The notes beneath the pieces are model-generated. The model was not told the origin of the DNA. It saw nothing but the letters and a program-made list of their open reading frames with translations, and did no database searches. A program made the translations under genes and the position numbers. A stretch of DNA of 64,000 nucleotides from an uncultured Spirochaetota bacterium (GTDB taxonomy: Bacteria; Spirochaetota; Spirochaetia; SZUA-6; CAVTHK01), in contig CAVTHK010000010.1 in assembly GCA_963734495.1 (NCBI GenBank), forward strand, positions 1 through 64,000, read 5' to 3'. Positions 1 to 8,718 of this stretch are shown in pieces; position 1 is the stretch's first letter, and every line of letters begins with the position of its first letter.

Positions 1-938
1 ACCCCCTGACCTGGGCGGCGGACGGCGAGATCTACACCTCCACGGGCGATCCCAACTGGGGAGCCAGCAGGTGGGGCCTCGACGTGGAACGAATTGTCGG
101 ATTCCCCCCGGAGTACCGGATCGAACAAGTCAACCCGATGGTGGACTACACCGGGTGGGGCGGCGCCGGGCCGAAGCCTACCGGCATGATCTCCGTTGGC
201 GGCGTTCTGTACCTCGCGTACCAGAACCTCTGCCACCTCAAGGCGCCGGTCTACGGGTCGAAGTCGCAGCACGGGAGTGACGCCGTCATCACCTGCTCTC
301 GCGATCTGGGACGGACCTGGCAACCCGACATCAAGCAACTCGGCAAGGGCAATCCCACTTTTCCGGGAGCGCGCTTCGGAGGGCCGGCCTTTGTCAACTA
401 CGGCAGGGACAACGCCGGCGCGGTCGACGATTGCATCTATGCGGTGTCCACCGATCAGTGGGACAACGGCGGTCACCTCCTCGTCGGGCGGGTGCGCTCC
501 GATGCCGTCGCCGACGGGAGCAAGTGGCAGTGGATCTGCGGAATCGACGCCGACAACGAACCGGCCTGGACCAGCCAACTCGAGCTGGCGCAAGCCGTCT
601 TTTCGGATGACCGCTGGATCGGTTTGCCGGAGATGGTATACCTCGCCGGCATCGGGCGCTATCTGTTCCTGACGTGGCACCTGAACGAGGACTTTTCGCC
701 AACAGCCGGGAGCCGCCTGGTCATCTACGAGGCCCCAAGGCCTTGGGGCCCTTTTGCTCTCGTGCACTACGAGGAGTGCTGGGAGACCCAGGAAAAGAAC
801 CCATATTGCCCGCGCTTGCCGCTGAAGTGGATGGAATCCGACGGACTGACCGGCTGGTTGCAGTTCTCAGGAAGCTGGGGTGGCACGTTCGAGCACTACC
901 GCTCGCACGTGCGCAGGTTCAGGCTCACGGTCAGGTAG
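1..938 (+). CDS. DUF4185-like putative glycoside hydrolase/beta-propeller protein, 5'-truncated by window edge
   Basis: Frame is open from base 3 (PLTWAADGEIYTSTGDPNWG...). Motifs KPTGMISVGGVLYL, Asp-box-like SRDLGRTW, FVNYGRDNAGA and YEAPRPWGPF. Confidence 0.6.
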   Translation, partial: PLTWAADGEIYTSTGDPNWGASRWGLDVERIVGFPPEYRIEQVNPMVDYTGWGGAGPKPTGMISVGGVLYLAYQNLCHLKAPVYGSKSQHGSDAVITCSRDLGRTWQPDIKQLGKGNPTFPGARFGGPAFVNYGRDNAGAVDDCIYAVSTDQWDNGGHLLVGRVRSDAVADGSKWQWICGIDADNEPAWTSQLELAQAVFSDDRWIGLPEMVYLAGIGRYLFLTWHLNEDFSPTAGSRLVIYEAPRPWGPFALVHYEECWETQEKNPYCPRLPLKWMESDGLTGWLQFSGSWGGTFEHYRSHVRRFRLTVR

Positions 939-2007
939 CCGTTCGAAAGCCTCCCGCGGGCATCGTCCATCGCGAGTTGACCCTGTTGCGACGGACGCGC
1001 ATCCCGGGCGGTGCGCTACGCTCCTGCCGATACAGGCCGTCGAGCATCTCGGGCAGCGGCAGGGGCTCGCAGAAGCGGCGCCGGCCCGTGGCGGGGCTCT
1101 CGGTGTTGAGGCTGCCGTTGCCCACGAGCGCCTCGATCGGCTCGACGGCGCCCCCGGCGGCAGCGGCGGCGACCGCGGCCAGCGCCCCGGCAGCAGGGCC
1201 GACGGCGCCGTCGAACAGCTCGCCGAACGAGGCCGTCGACGCACGGCTCTCGTCGCACGGGTGCACCCACCTGCGGTGGCCGGCGTTCAGGAAGTCGATG
1301 CCGGCTGGAACGGCCGCAGGATGGAACAGCGCCAGCCGCCGGCGGTCCGGGCCCTCGCGGTCGCGCGCGGCCGCGGCGGCCCGGTACTCCGGCCGCAGCG
1401 TGAACTGGTAGAAGCCGCTCGCGTCGCGGTACGCGTTCTGCACGCGCGCCTCCGCGTCGGCCGTCATGTCCAGCCCCCCGAAGGTCGCGCGCAGCGCATC
1501 GGCCAGCGCGCCCGCGACGGCGTCCGGAAGCCGGCGGCCGCAGTCCATCAGCCGCGCCGCGCCCAGCTGCTCCGCCGTGATCCCTCTCCGCTCTCGCAGG
1601 AACTGCACGTCGATGATGCGCTCGTAGAAGGCATGGCACCGGTAGTACTTCCGGGTCTGCGGGTCCGAGGGATCTTCCCACCCTGCGAAATAGTCGATGA
1701 AGGGGTGCGCCGCGCGATCGAGGAACGCGTGGGTCGCGAAGCCCATGACAAAGGCCCGCAGCCCCTCGTCCGGCGCTTCGCGAAGCCGCTCGGCCATGCG
1801 CCGGACGAGCGCCCCGATCTGCCGCCGGTGCAGCAAGGCGCCGAACGTGCGGCCTGAGGGACGGCTGAACCCGTTGTGGAAGAAGAAGTCCGGCCCCTGC
1901 GCCGCGAAGTAGAGCAGCGGCCGCGACGCTCCCAGGCCGGCGCCCGTCTCGCCGGCCCGGCGCAGGCACTCATCGACGAACAGGATGTGGCAGATCTGCG
2001 AAGGCAC
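931..2007 (-). CDS. Zinc-dependent phospholipase C family protein
   Basis: N-terminal MP....H, QGPDFFFH, LH, GFATHAFLDRAAHPFI and H..YE..ID metal-ligand pattern. Confidence 0.75.
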   Translation of the reverse strand: MPSQICHILFVDECLRRAGETGAGLGASRPLLYFAAQGPDFFFHNGFSRPSGRTFGALLHRRQIGALVRRMAERLREAPDEGLRAFVMGFATHAFLDRAAHPFIDYFAGWEDPSDPQTRKYYRCHAFYERIIDVQFLRERRGITAEQLGAARLMDCGRRLPDAVAGALADALRATFGGLDMTADAEARVQNAYRDASGFYQFTLRPEYRAAAAARDREGPDRRRLALFHPAAVPAGIDFLNAGHRRWVHPCDESRASTASFGELFDGAVGPAAGALAAVAAAAAGGAVEPIEALVGNGSLNTESPATGRRRFCEPLPLPEMLDGLYRQERSAPPGMRVRRNRVNSRWTMPAGGFRTAT

Positions 2008-2085
2008 TCGTGACTCCCTATCCGCTGCAACACCAAACTTACCCGCGGCCGCCCTTCGATTCCAGTCCGCCGCGGCCTGTTCCAG

Positions 2086-2119
2086 GCCCGGCGCTCAGCA
2101 TCCGCTGAGCGCGCCGGGC
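2086..2119. repeat. Minimal member of the nested-hairpin repeat family (CCCGGCGC...CATCC...GCGCCGGG)
   Basis: gcccggcgctcagcatccgctgagcgcgccgggc has the same outer stem as 6548-6606 and 41254-41337. Confidence 0.55.
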
Positions 2120-2133
2120 GAGAACACCTGTTC

Positions 2134-2163
2134 TTGACGCTCCGATGCGCGGCTTGTTATAGT
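2134..2163 (+). promoter_or_regulatory. Sigma70-type promoter of tRNA-Phe
   Basis: TTGACG (2134-2139), 18-bp spacer, TG-extended TATAGT (2158-2163), 12 nt before the tRNA. Confidence 0.75.
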
Positions 2164-2175
2164 CTCCCGCGTTCC

Positions 2176-2248
<73 letters not shown>

Positions 2249-2253
2249 TCCGG

Positions 2254-2283
2254 AGAGCCCCGCACTCGCGGGGCTCTTTCTTT
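2254..2283 (+). terminator. Intrinsic terminator after tRNA-Phe
   Basis: AGAGCCCCGC-ACTC-GCGGGGCTCT stem followed by TTCTTT. Confidence 0.8.
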
Positions 2284-2292
2284 CCGGCGCTT

Positions 2293-2781
2293 TCACTCGA
2301 TCCGCCAGCTCAGCATCGCGTCCCCGTCGAAAATGAACACGCCGCGGAAAGGTCTCCCCGACAGCATCAGCGGGAACCACAGCCGGTCGTCGGCCCACAT
2401 CCCGTCATAGGGCACGCTCCCCTCGGGGCACCAGAAAGGGTCCGCCTCATCCGTCTCTCTCGGCTCCCCCCGCATCCCGGCGGCCACGAACACCCGGCAG
2501 TGCAGCCCGTAGCCGTCGACGAACTGGAACGCGAGCTCCCCCGCCTCGCGGACCTCGAGAGGCGTGACGCCGATCTCCTCCTCGGTCTCGCGGATCGCGG
2601 CCGCCTGCGCCGTCTCGCCCTTCTCGATGCGGCCGCCCGGGCCGTTGATCTTGCCGGCGCCGAGCCCTCGCTTCTTGCGGATCAGCAGGAGCTCGCCGTC
2701 GCGGCGGATGAAGCAGAGGACCGCGAGGTCCGTGGGCGACCAGTTGCGCCAGTCGATCGCCGACACGTCGGTGGGGACCAT
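2293..2781 (-). CDS. NUDIX hydrolase, MTH1/8-oxo-dGTPase-like
   Basis: KKRGLGAGKINGPGGRIEKGETAQAAAIRETEEEIG Nudix box and MWADDRLWFP, typical of the MTH1-like family. Confidence 0.85.
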   Translation of the reverse strand: MVPTDVSAIDWRNWSPTDLAVLCFIRRDGELLLIRKKRGLGAGKINGPGGRIEKGETAQAAAIRETEEEIGVTPLEVREAGELAFQFVDGYGLHCRVFVAAGMRGEPRETDEADPFWCPEGSVPYDGMWADDRLWFPLMLSGRPFRGVFIFDGDAMLSWRIE

Positions 2782-2847
2782 GGTGAGGCAATGTAGCGAA
2801 ATCGAAGGGAACGGAACAGGCGCCCCGCGGCTGCCTTCAGCGTAAGC

Positions 2848-4878
2848 TCATGTTCCCTCGAGCAACCGCACGAACTCTTCCTCGCTCACGACCGTGATGC
2901 CCAGCTCGCGCGCCCTGGCCAGCTTCGACCCCGCGCCTTCGCCAGCCAGCAGGTGCGTGGTCTTCGAGGTCACCGAGGACGAGACGCGGCCGCCGCGGCG
3001 GCTGACTTCTTCCATGGCCTTCTCTCTGGGCTTGAAACGCTCGAAGGTGCCGGTGACGCACCAGGTCTGGCCCGCGAACGGACCGCCCTCGCGCGGCCGG
3101 GCGGGACCGGCGGAAAAGGCGAGGCCCGCGGAGCGAAGCGCGTCTATGCGGCGCCGCGTCGCGGGCTGCGTCAGCTCGCTCACGAGGAGGGCCGCGGTCT
3201 TCTCCCCGACTCCGTGGATCGAGATGAGCTTCGCGATGTCCCCGCGGTCCGCGATGTCGAGAAGGGTGTCGATGTCCCGGATGCCGGCGTCGAGGAGCAG
3301 CTCGACCAGCTTCTGGCCGAGGTCCGGCACACCGAGCGAAACGAGCACGCGCTCGTAAGGCTGCTTGCGGCTGCGCTCGATGCCCTCGCGGATGAGGGCG
3401 ATCTTCTTCTCGCCGAAGCCCGCCACGCCCTCGAGCGCCGCCGGATCGAAGGTGTAGATGTCCGGCACGTCCTTGACGAGGCCGCGCTGGTAGAGCGTCT
3501 CCAGGGTCTCGGGGCCGAGGTTCTCGATGTCCATCTGTCCCCGGCCGACGAAGAAACGCAGCCTCCCGCGGATCTGGTCCGGACAGTCGGCGTTGGGGCA
3601 GAAGTGGTGCGCACCGATCAGCTGGAGGGCGGTCCCGCAGGTCGGGCAGCTCGCGGGCATCTTCCAGGTCGTCGCCCCGCTCTCGTTCTTCTCCAGCACC
3701 CGCTCGATCGCGGGGATCACGTCGCCGCGGCGAGACACCTCGACGACGTCGCCCTCGGCGAGCTCGAGCATGTCGACGTAGTCCTGGTTGTGAAGGGTCG
3801 CGTTCGAAATCGTCGAGCCCGCGAGCTTCACAGGCGCCACGCGGGCCACCGGGGTGATGCGGCCGGTCCTTCCGACCTGAACCTCAATGCGCTGGACCGT
3901 GGTCCGGCCCACCGGCGCCTCGAACTTGAACGCAATCGCCCAGCGGGGGTGGTGGCCCGTGCTGCCGAGCTCCTCGCGGATGGAGATCTCGTTGACCTTG
4001 AGCACGAGCCCGTCGATCTCGTAGGCGATCTCGTCGCGCGCGGCGATCTCCTCGCGGACGAGCTCCTCCATCTCGGCAAGCGTCCCGATGCGCCACGTGG
4101 GATGCGACGTGCGCAGCGCCGCGACGTCGTGGTGGTTGGAGAAGAAGCCGGTCTTCGGGTTCAGGCGAAGGCCGAGCCTCCCCATCTCCTCGAGGATGTC
4201 GAAGTGCGTGCGGTATTCGGGGCCGAGGTAGCCCTCGTAGACGAAGCTGTCGAGCGGCGTGGCCGCCACTTCCGCGCTCTTGATGCGCCGCAGAGTGCCC
4301 GCCGCCAGGTTCCGCGGGCTCGAGTACGGCACTTCGAGCCGCGAGTTGAACTCGTCGAAGCGGTCCCTGGGAAGGAAGATCTCGCCCCGGAAAGCCGCGG
4401 TCACCTTCGCGGCCAGTGAGAGCGGCACCGCGCGGATCGTGCGGACGTTCCCCGTGACGTCGTTGCCGACGACACCGTTGCCGCGAGTGAGCGCGCGCGC
4501 GAGCACCCCCTGCTCGTAGTAGAGCACGATCCCGGCTCCGTCGATCTTCTCCTCGAGCACGAAGGAGAGGCTCTCTTCCCTTCCGGCCTGGAGCTTGTCG
4601 ATCCAGGCGCGCAGATCCTCGACGCTGTAGCACTTGTCGAGGCTGAGCACGGGGATCGTGTGAGGGACTTCGGGAAACGCTTGCGAGAGGTCCGAGCCGA
4701 CACGCTGCGTGGGCGAGTCGGGCCTGCGCAGCTCGGGGTGGGCGGCCTCGATCCCGCTCAGACGGTCGTAGAGCCGGTCATACTCGGAGTCTGAAATTGA
4801 AGGTCGCCCCTCGGAGTACTCGCGCTGGTATCGCGCGAGCCTCTCGACGAGCCGGGCGACTTCCTCCCGCAGGCTCAA
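2848..4878 (-). CDS. ligA: NAD-dependent DNA ligase LigA
   Basis: EEKIDG adenylation motif, TRGNG, IDGLVLK, PRWAIAFKF, GRTGRITP, C4 zinc finger and BRCT end. The TTG start at 4878 overlaps the upstream TGA. Confidence 0.95.
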   Translation of the reverse strand: MSLREEVARLVERLARYQREYSEGRPSISDSEYDRLYDRLSGIEAAHPELRRPDSPTQRVGSDLSQAFPEVPHTIPVLSLDKCYSVEDLRAWIDKLQAGREESLSFVLEEKIDGAGIVLYYEQGVLARALTRGNGVVGNDVTGNVRTIRAVPLSLAAKVTAAFRGEIFLPRDRFDEFNSRLEVPYSSPRNLAAGTLRRIKSAEVAATPLDSFVYEGYLGPEYRTHFDILEEMGRLGLRLNPKTGFFSNHHDVAALRTSHPTWRIGTLAEMEELVREEIAARDEIAYEIDGLVLKVNEISIREELGSTGHHPRWAIAFKFEAPVGRTTVQRIEVQVGRTGRITPVARVAPVKLAGSTISNATLHNQDYVDMLELAEGDVVEVSRRGDVIPAIERVLEKNESGATTWKMPASCPTCGTALQLIGAHHFCPNADCPDQIRGRLRFFVGRGQMDIENLGPETLETLYQRGLVKDVPDIYTFDPAALEGVAGFGEKKIALIREGIERSRKQPYERVLVSLGVPDLGQKLVELLLDAGIRDIDTLLDIADRGDIAKLISIHGVGEKTAALLVSELTQPATRRRIDALRSAGLAFSAGPARPREGGPFAGQTWCVTGTFERFKPREKAMEEVSRRGGRVSSSVTSKTTHLLAGEGAGSKLARARELGITVVSEEEFVRLLEGT

Positions 4879-6261
4879 TTCACCGCCCTGACAAAGGCGT
4901 CCCGGAACCCGAGGCTCTGGAAGCGCAGGAGCGTGCTCCCGGTCTCGTCGCGGCCCAGCGGGCCCACAACGACCCGAAAGTAGCTCCTGCCGTTGCGGGC
5001 GCCCGTCTGCACGTCGACCGGGTACGTCGCCCGGAACCGGCGCTCGAGCTCGCGCGCGGACGCCTCGTCGGAGAAAGCGCCGAGCTGCACGAAGAAGGTG
5101 CCGCGAGGGGCGGCGACGGGCGCAGGCGCGGCTGCCGGAGCGGGCGCCGCGGGCGCTGCGGCGCGGCTGCGGCGGCGCCGGCGCGGCGGGCGCAGCGGCT
5201 ATCGCCTCGCGCGGCTTTTCCTGCGGCGGCGTGGGCTGAGGAGCATTCGCGAGCCCGGCCACGGGCGCCGCCGAAGCGGGCGGCTGCGCGGCGAGCGAAC
5301 TTTCGCTCTCCAGGGGGAACGCGGGCTCCTGGACCGCGACGGCCGCGGGAGCAGGCGACGCCGGCGTGGGAGTCTGCGGCGTCGCCTCGGCGGGAGCCAC
5401 GACCGCTTCGGGAGGCGGCTCCGGGCTGGCCAGCGGCGGCTGCACGAGCTGCGCCTGGGCGACCGCGGGAGGCGCTTCGCTTGCTTCCGGCGCTGCCGGC
5501 GGGGCCGCAACCACCTGCGGCTGCGGAGGAGGCGGTGTGCCCGCCATTTCTTCCTCGCGCGGCGGCAGGAACAGCTGCTTCTGCGGCGACCGCTCCACGT
5601 ACTGCTGCAGTCCTTCGGCCGGCTTCTGGGGCTCTGCTGCCGCCGGCGGCTCCGGCGGCTTCGCGGGCGCCTGGGCCACCGCTGGCGGCGCTGCCGCCTC
5701 CTGGGGCGGAATGAACAGCTGCTTCTGGGGCTCGCGCGTCACTGCCTCGCCGAGGCCCGGCTCCGCGGGCGGCGGGGCCGCCGGAGCGGGAGCGGCGGGC
5801 GCCTGCGCGACCTGCGCCGGGGGCTTCGCGGCGGGCTGACCGCCCGCGGCCCTGAGCTCTTCCTTGAGCGCAGCGAGCCCGCTCCGCGGGTCATCCGGAT
5901 CGGTGGTCGACAGAGGCGGATTGTAGGCGCTCGGAGGCAGCGTCGTAACCGGCGATGCGACGACCCGCTCCGTGTCGGCCGAAACGAGCCCGAGGGCATC
6001 CGCGGCCTGATCGGAGAGGAGCAGGAAGATGCCGGTCGTCCCGTCGATCCTGCGGGTCACCGTGACTTCGACGCTCTTTCCCGTGCGCGAGCTCGACACG
6101 CGGATGCGGGAGCCCTCGGGAAAGGAGTTGCTGGCGGCAAGAAGGCCCGGCGTGGTGAACTCGCCGGGGCGGATGCGCGCGGCGTTGCCCTCCCACTGCT
6201 CGGCCCACAGGGGGAGACAGATCAGGAGCGCCAGGAACGCCGCAGCTCTCTGCATCGACAT
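4875..6261 (-). CDS. RlpA-like (DPBB) exported protein with Pro/Ala linker and C-terminal SPOR domain; one frameshift near 5160
   Basis: Signal peptide, AASNSFPEGSRIRV...VEVTV...LSDQAADALG (RlpA-like), Pro/Ala-rich linker. The SPOR motif FFVQLGAFS...YFRVVVGP...GFRDAFV is in the adjacent frame. Confidence 0.75.
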
Positions 6262-6276
6262 GGGAGGATCTCCTAC

Positions 6277-6631
6277 GACCTGGCGTCTCGTAGACCCCCC
6301 GTACTCGGGGGGTTCGCCAGGTCCCAAGCCCCCTGTACCCGGGGCCCTCCCTTTCATTTTCGGTCGGCGCCGCGATTGCGGTTAGCGCCGGGCCGCGCCA
6401 TCTCCCGCGAGTACGCGGGACCAGGGCGCCTGGCTGCGCCGGGCCACCCCCTCGCTTCGCTCGGGGCCTTCGGGCGCCATCCGTGGCGCTTGCCCGTGGG
6501 CTGCGACATCCCCGGCGAGTACGCCGGGCCAGGGCGCCTGGCGCTTGCCCGGCGCTCGCGCCATCTCCCGCGAGTACGCGGGACCAGGGCGCCTGGCTGC
6601 GCCGGGCCCGCGACATCCCTGTCACTTGCCT
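6277..6631. repeat. Composite nested-hairpin repeat element (REP/BIME-like or structured ncRNA)
   Basis: Exact 52-bp direct repeat (6394-6445 = 6557-6608), AGTA-loop hairpins at 6295-6312 (minus), 6403-6420, 6511-6528 and 6566-6583. Homologous to 41198-41414. Confidence 0.85.
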
Positions 6632-6654
6632 TCCACACGGCCCGATGTTAGGAT
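6626..6654 (+). promoter_or_regulatory. Putative sigma70 promoter of the NusG-paralog operon
   Basis: TTGCCT, 17-bp spacer, TG-extended TAGGAT. Confidence 0.6.
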
Positions 6655-6682
6655 CGCGCGATCTCAGCGTCACCGTCAAGCT

Positions 6683-7243
6683 ATGATGAGCACTGACCCT
6701 CCGGTCCAACGATACTATGCGCTCCAGGTGGCCGCGCGCGCCGAGGCGCGCTTTATCCGCATCGCCGCCGTCGTGGTCGAGCGCTTTCCGGGGGTGCGCC
6801 TGTTCTGGCCGCGGCGCAGCCTCAGGATCCGTCGCGCCGGCAAGTGGCGCGAAATGCTGCAGCCGATCTTTCCCGGCTATCTCTTTCTCGAAGCCGACAG
6901 CCTCGACACCGGCCTCCATCACGGCCTGCGGGGGGTCCCGGGTTTCCTCCGCTTCCTCCCGAGCAACCGCAACGTCCAGCCCGTCTCCGATCGCGACGCG
7001 CGGCCCCTCGTGGGTCTGCTGCGCCACGGGGAGATCGTCCGCAAGTCCATCGCGGTTTTCGACGAAAATAACCGTATCAGGATCCTCGAAGGGCCCCTCA
7101 AGGGGCTCGAAGGCTTGATTGTGAAGGTCGACCGCCGCAAGGGCCGCGCCAAGGTCAAGCTGGACCTGTACGACGAGACCCGCCTGGTCGATTTCGGCTT
7201 CACCTCGCTCGAGAAGGACCGGGAGCGGACGGAATCCACGTGA
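6683..7243 (+). CDS. NusG-family paralog antiterminator (LoaP/UpxY-like)
   Basis: NGN domain YYALQV...PIFPGYLF...VPGFLRFL and KOW RIRILEGPLKGLEGLIVKVDRRKGRAKV. It heads polysaccharide genes rather than secE-rplK. Confidence 0.85.
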   Translation: MMSTDPPVQRYYALQVAARAEARFIRIAAVVVERFPGVRLFWPRRSLRIRRAGKWREMLQPIFPGYLFLEADSLDTGLHHGLRGVPGFLRFLPSNRNVQPVSDRDARPLVGLLRHGEIVRKSIAVFDENNRIRILEGPLKGLEGLIVKVDRRKGRAKVKLDLYDETRLVDFGFTSLEKDRERTEST

Positions 7244-8718
7244 AGTGGCGGCAGCGGAGCAGAATCTACATCGTCGGCGCCGGCAATGCGGGCATGACGG
7301 TCGCCAACGAGATCAAAGCGAAGGGGAACGTCGGCCGCGTAGTCGCCTTCCTCGACGACGACCCTGACAAGATCGGCCACAGCATCCAGGGCTTCCCGAT
7401 CCTTGGGCCGATCGAAGACGTGCTGGCCGTCCTCAACACGACCCCCGACGACGAAGCGATCATCGCGATCCCGAGCGGCAAGCGGCGCGAGCTGCGCAGG
7501 ATCTACGACCTCCTGCGCCACGCGGATTTCGTCAGCATCGGTTATCTGCCGGGCGTCTCCCAGGTGGTCGATGGCGACGCTCACCTCGCCCTCACGCGCG
7601 ACATCAACCCGGAGGACCTGCTCTCACGCGACCCCGTGCCGGTCTCGCTCCGCGAGAGCCTCTCCTACGTGCGCGGCAGGCGCGTGCTCGTCACGGGGGC
7701 CGGCGGAAGCATCGGCAGCGAGCTCTGCCGGCAGCTCCTCTCCGGGGGCGCGCAGAGGCTGTACCTCTTCGGCCACGGGGAGAACAGCATCTTCGGCATC
7801 GACCGCGAGCTGCGGCTCCTGCAGAAAGAGGGCGTCGGCGAGGCGGCCACAATCGTGCCGATCATAGGCGAGCTGCAGGACCGGGAGTACGTCCGCTACA
7901 TCATGGGACGCCTCCGGGCCGACATCGTCTTTCACACCGCGGCCCACAAGCACGTGACCCTGATGGAAGCCAACCCCGTAGCCGCGGTCCAGAACAACGT
8001 CTTCGGAACGCGGAACCTCATCGATGCGAGCGTGGCGGCCGCGGTGGAGAGCTTCGTCCTGATCTCCACCGACAAGGCCGTCGACCCGATCTGCGTCTAC
8101 GGAGCGTCCAAGCGCATCGCCGAGGAGCTCGTGCTCCGGGAGCGCGCCGCGGGCCGCCGCTTCCTCGTCGTCCGCTTCGGCAACGTGCTCGCGTCGCGGG
8201 GCAGCATCCTTCCTCTTTTCGAAGCCCAGATACGCGCGGGCGGGCCCGTGACGGTCACGCACGCAGAGGCGACGCGTTTCTTTATGACGATCCCAGAGGC
8301 GTCTTCGCTCGTGCTCAAGGCGGCCGGCGTCGACGTGGACGCCGACATGCTGGTGCTCGACATGGGCGAGCCGCGCTCCATCCGCAAGCTTGCAGAGGAG
8401 ATGATTGCCCTCTACGGCTACGAGCCCGGGCGTGACATCCCGATCGCGTACACCGGCTTGAGACCGGGTGAAAAGCTGCACGAGAGCCTCTGGGGCGAAG
8501 GCGAGGTGCCGGGACCGACCCCCTACCCCGGGATCCTCTCGCTCAAGCGCGGGAGCGGTCTCAAGGTTCCGCTCGAGCAACTGCTCGCCGAGCTTGCTCC
8601 GATCTGCGCGTTCGACCCCGGTCGCCCCGCGCTCCACCGCAACCGGCGCGCGCTGCGGCAGGTGCTTCATCACGCCCTGCCGTCGCTCGAGGTGCCCGAA
8701 AATGAGCCAGAGTACTGA
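7240..8718 (+). CDS. Polysaccharide biosynthesis nucleotide-sugar dehydratase (CapD/PglF-like, lacking N-terminal TM region)
   Basis: IVGAGNAG, VTGAGGSIGSELCRQ, HTAAHKHV, ISTDKAV, RFGNVLASRGS, GLRPGEKLHE. Confidence 0.9.
   Translation: MKWRQRSRIYIVGAGNAGMTVANEIKAKGNVGRVVAFLDDDPDKIGHSIQGFPILGPIEDVLAVLNTTPDDEAIIAIPSGKRRELRRIYDLLRHADFVSIGYLPGVSQVVDGDAHLALTRDINPEDLLSRDPVPVSLRESLSYVRGRRVLVTGAGGSIGSELCRQLLSGGAQRLYLFGHGENSIFGIDRELRLLQKEGVGEAATIVPIIGELQDREYVRYIMGRLRADIVFHTAAHKHVTLMEANPVAAVQNNVFGTRNLIDASVAAAVESFVLISTDKAVDPICVYGASKRIAEELVLRERAAGRRFLVVRFGNVLASRGSILPLFEAQIRAGGPVTVTHAEATRFFMTIPEASSLVLKAAGVDVDADMLVLDMGEPRSIRKLAEEMIALYGYEPGRDIPIAYTGLRPGEKLHESLWGEGEVPGPTPYPGILSLKRGSGLKVPLEQLLAELAPICAFDPGRPALHRNRRALRQVLHHALPSLEVPENEPEY

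Noticed and set aside
5090-5900. Low-complexity GC-rich repeats in the RlpA gene
   Set aside because: They encode a Pro/Ala/Glu linker with a duplicated PQKQLF.PP motif, so this is a protein-level feature and not a DNA element.
2848-6357. 1169-aa apparent RlpA-LigA fusion in the ORF track
   Set aside because: A frameshift near 5160 shunts RlpA into the ligA frame. The SPOR domain ends at 4875 in another frame and ligA has its own overlapping TTG start.
6385-6631. CRISPR array
   Set aside because: Units are irregular, the intervening sequences are themselves related hairpins rather than unique equal-length spacers, and there are no cas genes.
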